IMG/VR virus record: IMGVR_UViG_3300048579_000445
Coordinates: 1-49,982 of that record
DNA from: a virus
Taxonomy: Duplodnaviria > Caudoviricetes
DNA length: 49,982 bases
Direction: 5' to 3' (one strand)
The translations under genes and the position numbers were made by a program. Numbering within the stretch: position 1 is the stretch's first letter; each line of letters starts with the position of its first letter. Shown piece after piece: positions 28,368 to 36,212 of the stretch. The notes beneath the pieces were generated by a model. The model made no database searches. It was not told the origin of the DNA and saw only the letters and a program-made list of their open reading frames with translations.

Positions 28368-31300
28368 TGGTTTCGCCGATTCCCCCGCGCCCGACTTCAC
28401 GCCTCGTGCAGCCGCGCGATATTGACATTATAGCGTGTCGCCGTCCGCCTGCGGAGGGCTCGCAATCGCTTGGAGAAGTCTTTGCAATCCGCTGGATCAC
28501 GCGCCCCGACATTGGATGGCCCCCGTACGGCTATCTGGTCGAAAGGATGATTGGTGCACAGGCGCAGAACATCCTGAACGGAAACGACCGGTTCCACCTG
28601 CCACAAACCGACTACTGGTCGCTCTTCGAGCAAGAGATCTCTGACCGCCGTCCGACGCAAGGCCCCTATTTTTCCGCTGTCGATATCACCGAGGACAACC
28701 TCGGCCATCTCCGCTTGATCATCCGTCTAGTCGACCCGCGCGTGAATCCTGCGGAGGAAGAGGATCTGACCCGCGAGGTCGCCAAGGCCCTCGGTTCTAG
28801 CCACGAAGATGATGTGGAACTGGCGACAATGTTCTGGCCGAACGACCCAGCGCCACCGCTCGACGATCTTTTGCAGGTCGGTTCTATAACGCGTCGACCG
28901 GTGATCACCTATTACCGCGTAATGGCCCACGGCTATCTGCTAGCTCTGGCGGTGCGGTTCGAATACGCGGTCCTGTTGGGGCTCGCGGCGGACGACACGG
29001 TCGACAATGGCAATGGGCCTGTTCTTTATCGCGTGACCACCCAATTCGGCGATGCGGCGGGATCAGCGATAACCGAGGAAATCCCGACCAACCAGATCTG
29101 TACCCCCTCCGCACCGGCGATCTTTCAGGCTGAACGCGTGCCCGGTTCGGTGCAACACCCGGCCTTCCACGACTTCGGTACGTGGTCGCCGCCGTCGGAG
29201 CTTCTGTCGAATGATTCAAGCGGCAACCTTCAAACCGCTGAGTCACTGATCCCGCGTGCACCCTCTGGCATCACCGCGCTCAACTGGTCCGCGCCGCATG
29301 ACACAGGTCGAATGATCGACTATGGGCCGGTGCTTTATGAACTCGCACGCTTCGACCACGGCGCGCAGACCGCATCGCAAAGTACTGCGCCGGCCATTCC
29401 GCCCTTCGCGGATTTCTCGCCGCTCTTGGAGGGCGAGCAGTTGCTGCGGTCGGACACCGAACCCCAGGCGCTCGACTCAGTCGGCCATCCTTGGCCGGAA
29501 ATGGAGGGGTATTACCACTACCTGATCCGCGGCATCGACCTTCTGGGCGAAAAAAGCGGTATGCCCGCGATCGCGTCGGTCCGACACCATGACGACATTC
29601 CACCGCCCGCACCGCAGGTTCGCCTGCTTCAACTGGTGGCGCCCTTGCAGCAGGCGGAGCAGCAGGTCAGTCAGACGCTGGATTTCGACACGCCCACCCA
29701 GTCCCGCGAGGTGCGGCTTGGCATCGGGTGGGCTGGTCCGCAGGATTTCGCGGGGCCGGACGCGGCAGAGTTTCGGGTAGTTGCGCGCTGGCACGCGAGG
29801 CGGCCTATTCATGTCGAGCTTTTGAGCGTCACGCCCGTCGCGGACAGCCTACACCAGGGCGACGTGGTGCTGGATAAACTCTCCGAGTCCGCCGACAGCC
29901 TGGCGGGAGCGCGGCTGATCCTGCCTGACGGCGAATACCCGATCGTCTCGCACGGGACCGGTTCAGGGGCGGTCATGCGAATACGCCGAATATCGGGCCG
30001 GTTACCTGGACCGGGGCAGGCCGGTCTGATCTACGGCGTGGGGGCGGCACTCGGCAACCACCGGATCGCGCGGCTGCCGCGCCGCCCGGCAGTTTCTGCG
30101 ACGGTAGCAGAGGTGATCGACACCAATCCGATGCGGATCAGGATGGACGCCGCAGGGTCGGAGCCTCTGCCCTTGGACACAGAGGCGTCGGTCTACGCGC
30201 ATATTATGCGAACCTCGTTCAACGCGACAAACGAAGGCGACGATGTCTGGCGCATCGACACGCCAGCGGCCGACGATGTGCGGCGTCAAAGCTGGGACGC
30301 ATGGCTGTCGCTGTCCAATCCGGAAGCTGCACTGACGGACTCGCCCATTATTGTGTTCCCGCCGCATGAGTTGACGGTCTCGGTGGTACCACCCGCGGGC
30401 TTCATTGCGGGCGTCCTGATGCTCGACGTGACGGCCGCCGACGACACTGCCTACGTCGACAGCCCCGAATATCCCGGTTCGGCGTCGGATATGACCGGGC
30501 TCAGCGGTAACGAGAGCGGCGCAACGACGGCAACGATTTCCGCTCGAGTGATGGTGCCGCCTGCTACACCCGACATCTCGCCTTACGAACCCGCCCGCTT
30601 CATCTGGGCAGAGACGGCGGCGAAGTACGCCGAGGAAGCAAGCTTTGAAGTCCGCTGGCCCGCGAACGGGGCAGCACATTATGAAGTCTGGCGTGTTCTC
30701 GAAGGCGCAGTACCCGGTGCCACTCCCGGCACTTCGGACCCAGACTTGCGCAAACTCGCGGCGGCAAATGGCGATACCTTCGCGATGCGAAACCTCAGGG
30801 TTTTCGCCGGCCGCTACCGGGACCGACTGCCAGGCCGGGCTCCGACACGCGCGCTCTACCGTGTCCGCGGAGTGAGCGAGGCGGGTGTGCCGGGGCCATG
30901 GTCGGACCTGATAGGGCCAGTGCACGTACCCGACATCCGCCAGCCCGCCGCCCCGAATTTTGCCCGCATCTTCGCGCCCGCTCCGGTCGACGGTGATGTC
31001 GCCGCAGCGGCCCGCCAACTGGTGCTGGAATGGACTCAACCCGGCCCCGGTGCCGATCTGAGGTTTGAGATCGAGCGTCAGGACGTTAAAGATAGCAGCT
31101 GGCAGGTCGCCGGTGTCGTCCCGCGCGGCTCGCTGCCGCAGCAAGGGCCGGTGCGGCTCTATCGTGCGATCATCGGCGGGCTCGTTCCGGGGCTGAAGAC
31201 CACCTTTCGCGTGACTGCTGTGCGCGAGGCCCGCGACCCGGTCGATCCCTTCGGTCAGGTACGTCGCGACATCCGAGGGCTCCCCTCACAACCGCGGGCA

Positions 31301-31588
31301 GCCGTCCCCCTCGGCTCCCTAACCGAGCCGAGCGACCTCGGCGGCTTGGAAACCGACGGAGGCAGCGGCATCACGCTGAGCTGGTCGAACCCGGATCCCT
31401 ACCAGTCCATCGAAGTTCTTCGCAAAGGTCCTGAAGACCATCGTCTGCGCCGGATCGCGGCGATTGACGGGACACGGGAAAGCTACCACGACGAGGGTCT
31501 CTCTCCAGGCACCTGGCAATACCAGCTTCGCGCTCTGGGATATTCGCGTAAAGCAGAGAGCGAGATCCTGGAGGTTGAACTGCCGTGA
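28364..31588 (+). CDS. Large hypothetical protein with fibronectin type III-like repeats (1074 aa)
   Basis: ATGA overlap; FN3 hallmarks YHYLIRGIDLLGEKS-DDIPPPAP, YRVRGVSEAGVPGPWS-DIRQPAAP, ITLSWSNP...YHDEGLSPGTWQYQLRA. Confidence 0.75.
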   Translation: MMVSPIPPRPTSRLVQPRDIDIIACRRPPAEGSQSLGEVFAIRWITRPDIGWPPYGYLVERMIGAQAQNILNGNDRFHLPQTDYWSLFEQEISDRRPTQGPYFSAVDITEDNLGHLRLIIRLVDPRVNPAEEEDLTREVAKALGSSHEDDVELATMFWPNDPAPPLDDLLQVGSITRRPVITYYRVMAHGYLLALAVRFEYAVLLGLAADDTVDNGNGPVLYRVTTQFGDAAGSAITEEIPTNQICTPSAPAIFQAERVPGSVQHPAFHDFGTWSPPSELLSNDSSGNLQTAESLIPRAPSGITALNWSAPHDTGRMIDYGPVLYELARFDHGAQTASQSTAPAIPPFADFSPLLEGEQLLRSDTEPQALDSVGHPWPEMEGYYHYLIRGIDLLGEKSGMPAIASVRHHDDIPPPAPQVRLLQLVAPLQQAEQQVSQTLDFDTPTQSREVRLGIGWAGPQDFAGPDAAEFRVVARWHARRPIHVELLSVTPVADSLHQGDVVLDKLSESADSLAGARLILPDGEYPIVSHGTGSGAVMRIRRISGRLPGPGQAGLIYGVGAALGNHRIARLPRRPAVSATVAEVIDTNPMRIRMDAAGSEPLPLDTEASVYAHIMRTSFNATNEGDDVWRIDTPAADDVRRQSWDAWLSLSNPEAALTDSPIIVFPPHELTVSVVPPAGFIAGVLMLDVTAADDTAYVDSPEYPGSASDMTGLSGNESGATTATISARVMVPPATPDISPYEPARFIWAETAAKYAEEASFEVRWPANGAAHYEVWRVLEGAVPGATPGTSDPDLRKLAAANGDTFAMRNLRVFAGRYRDRLPGRAPTRALYRVRGVSEAGVPGPWSDLIGPVHVPDIRQPAAPNFARIFAPAPVDGDVAAAARQLVLEWTQPGPGADLRFEIERQDVKDSSWQVAGVVPRGSLPQQGPVRLYRAIIGGLVPGLKTTFRVTAVREARDPVDPFGQVRRDIRGLPSQPRAAVPLGSLTEPSDLGGLETDGGSGITLSWSNPDPYQSIEVLRKGPEDHRLRRIAAIDGTRESYHDEGLSPGTWQYQLRALGYSRKAESEILEVELP

Positions 31589-34026
31589 CCGATTATCTCA
31601 GATTACTGATGACGCCCGGAGACCGCGACCGCATCGCAGCGAATTCCGTCACCGTGACCGAAACGCCCTTCAGTGCGGTTCCATCAAGCGAAGCGGATCC
31701 GCGCCCAGAAAGCCTGCGCCTGCAGTTCCGCATTTTGGACCCCCAGAACGGCGCACCGCAACTCAGGATGATCTTTCCCGGCGTAATGCGGTTCGAACCC
31801 GACCCCCCCGTCGCTCCAGACGTCTTGCCCTCTATCGGGCATATTCAGATGACGGGCGACACGGTCGAACAGGTGTCCTTCGAAAGATGGCCGGAGCGTG
31901 GCAAGCTTCGGGTGGAAGCGACGGAGGAACAGGTCGTCCACGAAATGACGCGCGACAACACATTGGACGGCATCGGCCGGCCCGCACAGATCGCTTGGTT
32001 CGAACCCGTTTTGATGACTCTCGATTTCCTCAACTCCGCAGTCCTGAATGGGCTTGAGCGCAAACCATTTGTGCTCGATGCCGGAACCCCCAATGCGAAA
32101 CAGATCACCGGCCAGACACAAGGCTGGGCCGAACATGCGGTCGTCCGGTTCTATGAGGGTCGCTACCAGCCGCGGCTCAAGATTAACCGTGATACCCCGC
32201 CGAACCGGGAGCTGGACGATGTGATCCAGTTCCCGATGCCACGGTTCCCGATGACCACGACAGGGGAAGTCGATATTCGTATAACAATTGGCGTCAATCG
32301 CACCAAGTCCGACATTGATGACTACGCCATTGCAAACACGCTGAACCTACCCGACCACCACCCTGGCCATCCCAATGTCGAGACTCTGCCAACCCGAGCT
32401 TTCTGGCAGAGGAACCGGGCGCAGATGATCGGGGCGGATGCAGAGAACGCGACAGTTGATGCCATCGTCGGCGCCGACACTTTCCCGCAGGACATGAAGG
32501 CAAGTCTCACCGAATTCGGCTTTGGCAACCTCGGCCCTGCGAATAACATCTTCAATGAACGCGCGCATTGGGCGGTGCGCGAATTCCAGATCTATTCAAA
32601 ATATCGAACTGTCGCCACCGAACCCAATGGCTCTAGCGGAGAATACGCCAACCGGCTGCAGGCGCAGGCCAACCCGTTGCCTTACACCGGGCCGATCAAC
32701 GGCTTCCTGAACGTCGCGACCCGTGAACGAATGGACATCTGGGGCCGCCCCGCCAACCGACTGCGTTGCCCAGTCGTCGTTACGGCGCGGACCGGAGAGC
32801 CGCAATACCAGGCAGTGCAGCCCGGAAGTGAAAACATCTGGGTGTACAATGAATTGTCCAGCGAGGTGCCGCGCATCTTCGTACGCGATGTCAGCGGCTA
32901 CTATGATCTGCCTGCGTTGGACGCCCGCGACGTGACCGTTGGCGGCAACCGGTTTATCGTCCTTGCCACCTACCAACCCCCCGTGCCCAGCGAAAATTGG
33001 CCTGGTGGACCTAACATGTTACCCCAGCATTCCTGGAGTACCATGGCGCTCAACTCTCTGCGGCTGACCGGAGTGAACGAAACCACGCTCTTCGGGGCGG
33101 GCGGGAACCCGGCGATGCTGTCGACCTACATGACGATTCTTCACACCATCCAGAGAGAAACGCACGGGCGCTTCGATATCGCGAACGCTTACGACAGCGC
33201 GACGCTGTCAATGCCGCTGTTCCACTACACCTTCCGGTCAGGCGAGCTTGGGGCGCTTTTCGCCTATTTCGAAGACCGCGCTGCTGGAGACTTTGTCAGT
33301 GCGATTGCCTTCTTCGGGCTAAAGCCGGCGAGTGCCTGGGCCAACGTCACCCGGTTCCAGGGAAAGCGGACGTCATGGCTTCAGAACATACAAGCCGCGG
33401 GCGACACCTACAGAATTATCCCTAAAGACGCGGACCAGACCTATTTCAAGAGTTGGCACTGGTTCTACCGCGCGGTTATGGCCAACCGTATCTTCGATAC
33501 CTTCAAGACCAACGGCTACGATTACGCGCGCTGGCGGCTAAGCGACATGCGGGAGTGCAGGATCGAAAACCGGCCGTCGGGAAACGGCGCGACTCAGCCG
33601 GTCGGCACGAACAGCGCGGTTCCCACTCTGGGGCAAGTGTTCACCTCGGAGCGTTCGCTGGCGATGCTTCTGCGTTGGCATGTGAACCGGCCGTCCGATA
33701 TCGTTGATGGCGACAATGCGCCGGGCAGTGCGGGTGCCGAGCTCTGGGGGGCGTTGGCCAGGGCACAGGATCCGACTCAGAACGGCAATCTGAATCTGAT
33801 GTGGACTGGCGATGTCGCGACGTGGACGGACGATCACGAAACCGCACTGATAAACGGGATTGTCGAGGAGGCGAGGGCATTGACTTCAAAGGGCAAGATG
33901 CGGACCAACGTGCGCGACGATATCATCAGAATCCGTGACACCTTCGCTGAACAGGCCCGGCGGCCCTCAGCAACGCGCGGGTCGTTTCAGTTGCATGCCC
34001 CGCCAAATGGCACGGTCGGCGTTTGA
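31585..34026 (+). CDS. 813-aa protein with peptidoglycan-binding-like domain and lysozyme-like C-terminal domain
   Basis: GTGA overlap; LTEFGF...FNERAHWAVREFQ...TGPINGFLNVATRERM (PG_binding_1 pattern); RETHGRFDIANAYDSATLS (Glu...D..N.YD lysozyme-fold pattern). Confidence 0.65.
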   Translation: MTDYLRLLMTPGDRDRIAANSVTVTETPFSAVPSSEADPRPESLRLQFRILDPQNGAPQLRMIFPGVMRFEPDPPVAPDVLPSIGHIQMTGDTVEQVSFERWPERGKLRVEATEEQVVHEMTRDNTLDGIGRPAQIAWFEPVLMTLDFLNSAVLNGLERKPFVLDAGTPNAKQITGQTQGWAEHAVVRFYEGRYQPRLKINRDTPPNRELDDVIQFPMPRFPMTTTGEVDIRITIGVNRTKSDIDDYAIANTLNLPDHHPGHPNVETLPTRAFWQRNRAQMIGADAENATVDAIVGADTFPQDMKASLTEFGFGNLGPANNIFNERAHWAVREFQIYSKYRTVATEPNGSSGEYANRLQAQANPLPYTGPINGFLNVATRERMDIWGRPANRLRCPVVVTARTGEPQYQAVQPGSENIWVYNELSSEVPRIFVRDVSGYYDLPALDARDVTVGGNRFIVLATYQPPVPSENWPGGPNMLPQHSWSTMALNSLRLTGVNETTLFGAGGNPAMLSTYMTILHTIQRETHGRFDIANAYDSATLSMPLFHYTFRSGELGALFAYFEDRAAGDFVSAIAFFGLKPASAWANVTRFQGKRTSWLQNIQAAGDTYRIIPKDADQTYFKSWHWFYRAVMANRIFDTFKTNGYDYARWRLSDMRECRIENRPSGNGATQPVGTNSAVPTLGQVFTSERSLAMLLRWHVNRPSDIVDGDNAPGSAGAELWGALARAQDPTQNGNLNLMWTGDVATWTDDHETALINGIVEEARALTSKGKMRTNVRDDIIRIRDTFAEQARRPSATRGSFQLHAPPNGTVGV

Positions 34027-34159
34027 AATAAGCTTGAAGCTTGTCTTGCATGACAGAAGTCGTTTGAGAATGGTCGGTAGGGCTATAAGCTTCAATTGAA
34101 GCGTTTCGATGTCACGATGTGGCGATCTTTTCAATCAGTTCAGTACCTTATCTAGAGAA

Positions 34160-34189
34160 GGTTCGACGTCAGAACCATCCCCTCCGCCA
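34160..34189 (+). other. Putative att junction with tRNA-like 3' end core (…CCCCTCCGCCA)
   Basis: GGTTCGA...GAACCATCCCCTCCGCCA resembles a tRNA(Ser-type) T-arm/acceptor end, but there is no complete cloverleaf; it lies in the gap between convergent cargo operons. Confidence 0.55.
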
Positions 34190-34215
34190 CTTACCCCCGC
34201 GAAAGCGTTCTCCCG

Positions 34216-34237
34216 ATCCGGCTGCGGCCGGATTTTT
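34216..34237 (+). terminator. Hairpin plus T-run just downstream of the att-like core
   Basis: ATCCGGC-TGCG-GCCGGAT followed by TTTT. Confidence 0.55.
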
Positions 34238-34473
34238 CCGTTGTTTTCGAGGGTTATGCGGGAGGGGCTGAGCACCGGCGGCGGCGCCAAGCGGCCCGGA
34301 AGCGTTCTCTCCGGGTCGATATTCTCCGGACCTGTTGACTGCGCGGATTTGGTAAAGTTCTGCAAGCCATTGGCAGGGATTGTTTATTTCAGGGCCAGGC
34401 TGAGCACTTCGACGAGAGGGGCGTTTGCGGGATGGAACCGGGGTCGAACCATAATCGAGGCGGGGCGCCGGGC

Positions 34474-35061
34474 TCAGGCGGTCGGTCCAAGGCGGAAAGC
34501 GGGCTTGGCTAGCATTCTGACGGCGAGGCCGATGGCGAAGATGGCGTCGTGGCGAACGACGTCGGCGGCCTGCTGGCCGGTGTCGAGCGAGCGGCGGTCG
34601 AGATTGCCGGCATCATCGACGTGCCGGAAATGGGACAGCGGGTTGCGCAGGCCCATCAGCCTTTGCAGGTCGGTCACGTCCAGATCGGAGATCACGTCCC
34701 GCTCGCGGCAGCGGCGCAGGGTTTCACGAAAGGAGATCCGGTTGGGGATGTCGTCAATCAGAAGGCCGCCGTGCAACCAGGCCGCCAGTAGATGCTCGAC
34801 CAGCCCCTGGCACAGCAGGATTGTGGCGGCGAAGTTGCCGTGGACGAAGGACGAGCGTGCCTCGATCCAGGCAAAGTGGGCGGCCTGGCCGCCGAAGATC
34901 ATCGTTCCGTTCGGCCCGAGATCGCGGCTGAAATCGGTCAGCATGCGATAGCGCGAGACCTTGCCGTGCAGGTCGTCGTGCATCTCGGCCAGCAGATGGC
35001 GGGCGAAGTCCAGATCGGTCAGGTCAGACAGCAGATCGGGCTGGTCACCGCCGCCGGTCAT
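34474..35061 (-). CDS. HEPN-like (DUF4145-like) protein coupled to hsdS
   Basis: Helical 195 aa; ATILLCQGLVEHLL followed by R-x4-H motif LRNPLSH; ATGA overlap with hsdS. Confidence 0.65.
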   Translation of the reverse strand: MTGGGDQPDLLSDLTDLDFARHLLAEMHDDLHGKVSRYRMLTDFSRDLGPNGTMIFGGQAAHFAWIEARSSFVHGNFAATILLCQGLVEHLLAAWLHGGLLIDDIPNRISFRETLRRCRERDVISDLDVTDLQRLMGLRNPLSHFRHVDDAGNLDRRSLDTGQQAADVVRHDAIFAIGLAVRMLAKPAFRLGPTA

Positions 35062-36212
35062 GCGGCCCTGTCCCCGGCGCCGAAGACCTGATGCAGAAGC
35101 GCGGGGATCAGGGCGTCGGTGTCGCGGGCCGATGCGGCGCGGATGTCGCGGATTTGGCGAGCCTTGGCCTGAAGGCGGTCGAACCAGCGTTGGGTTTCAA
35201 GCGGCGGCAGAGGGACTTCGATGGTTTCAAGTTTCTTCAGACCTAGGGTCCGGTTGCGGCCTGCCCCGCCGGGTGAGGCTTCGCCAAGGCGCTGCAGCCC
35301 CTCTGGCGTCTGGAAATAGAACAGCAGAAAGTCTGCGGTTGCTGTCGCGGGTTCGGGCACGCAGGTCAGGAAGCGATGCGAGCCAACGCGGCCAGTATCA
35401 GCGGGTTGCGCGATGGCGACGGCACCTTCCCATGCGAACACTATGTTGAACAGCAGATCGCCGGGTGCGATCTCGAACAGCTTCTTTGTGCCAACCTCTG
35501 AACCCGGCAGCACCGGCTTGTGGAAGGTGCCGCGGCCGAAGGAGCGGACGCCGAGTTCGGGATAGGCGCCGTCCGGCTCGATCTCGACCGGGCGGCGGAT
35601 CAGGGGGGCGACTTCGGCCATGGGGCGGCGGGGGGCGGCGTCGATGCAGCGGGCGAAAGCCTTAGCCAGCATCGCCTGCAGGTCGGCCTCCATCGCGGCA
35701 GCGGCCTCTGCCCGCACCCTGACCAGCCCCGCTACCCGATCCAGCCGCGCCACGATGCGCTGCTGCTCGGCTAGGGGTGGGAGGGGAATGCGCATATCGA
35801 GAAACGCGGGCTCTTTCAGGCGAACCCGGTTTGTGGAACCCTCGCTGGAACGGCGGCACAGGTCGATGAAAGCGTCAGTGCTCGAATACCAAAGGAAATA
35901 ACCCGGCAGTATTGCTGTCGCGTCAATGTCGAAGCACGGAAAATCGTTGCTCACGAGGGCGCCGTCGAGCTCGGCGGGCACGATGCCATATGCCCCGTGC
36001 CGAGCGTCGATCCGCGATAACAGGAACTGCCCCGCCCGCGCCCTGATCTGGCGACTTGCCGCGATCTCTGATCCGAGGGCCTCGCCCCGCAATGTGAGGC
36101 CCTTGCCCCAAAGACGGGCGGTGATCTGCTTGTATCGCTCATCCGGTCGGGTTTCGACCCATTCCTCTGATCGGCTAAGAAAGTCCCCAACCCGGATCGT
36201 CTGCACCATCAC
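35058..36212 (-). CDS. hsdS: Type I restriction-modification specificity subunit
   Basis: Two TRDs each followed by the conserved spacer IPLPPLAEQQRIV / VPLPPLETQRWF; downstream of hsdM. Confidence 0.92.
   Translation of the reverse strand: MMVQTIRVGDFLSRSEEWVETRPDERYKQITARLWGKGLTLRGEALGSEIAASRQIRARAGQFLLSRIDARHGAYGIVPAELDGALVSNDFPCFDIDATAILPGYFLWYSSTDAFIDLCRRSSEGSTNRVRLKEPAFLDMRIPLPPLAEQQRIVARLDRVAGLVRVRAEAAAAMEADLQAMLAKAFARCIDAAPRRPMAEVAPLIRRPVEIEPDGAYPELGVRSFGRGTFHKPVLPGSEVGTKKLFEIAPGDLLFNIVFAWEGAVAIAQPADTGRVGSHRFLTCVPEPATATADFLLFYFQTPEGLQRLGEASPGGAGRNRTLGLKKLETIEVPLPPLETQRWFDRLQAKARQIRDIRAASARDTDALIPALLHQVFGAGDRAA

Larger units (their letters stand above)
1..34189 (+). mobile_element. 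Temperate siphophage/prophage late region (packaging, head, tail, lysis) plus terminal cargo, ending at a putative att core
   Basis: Contiguous co-oriented terS-terL-gpW-portal-protease/capsid-tail-tape measure-tail tip-fibre genes with overlapping stops/starts. The left part of the element lies outside the window. Confidence 0.9.

Noticed and set aside
21779-34026. Diversity-generating retroelement or invertible tail-fibre cassette
   Set aside because: No reverse transcriptase, template/variable repeat pair or invertase-flanked inverted repeats seen
34120-34189. Complete tRNA gene
   Set aside because: Only a 3'-end-like segment is present; no D-arm, anticodon arm or matching 5' acceptor strand could be folded
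34109-34951. 280-aa plus-strand ORF across the att region
   Set aside because: Overlaps the better-supported minus-strand HEPN-like gene and the structured att region; composition is not protein-like
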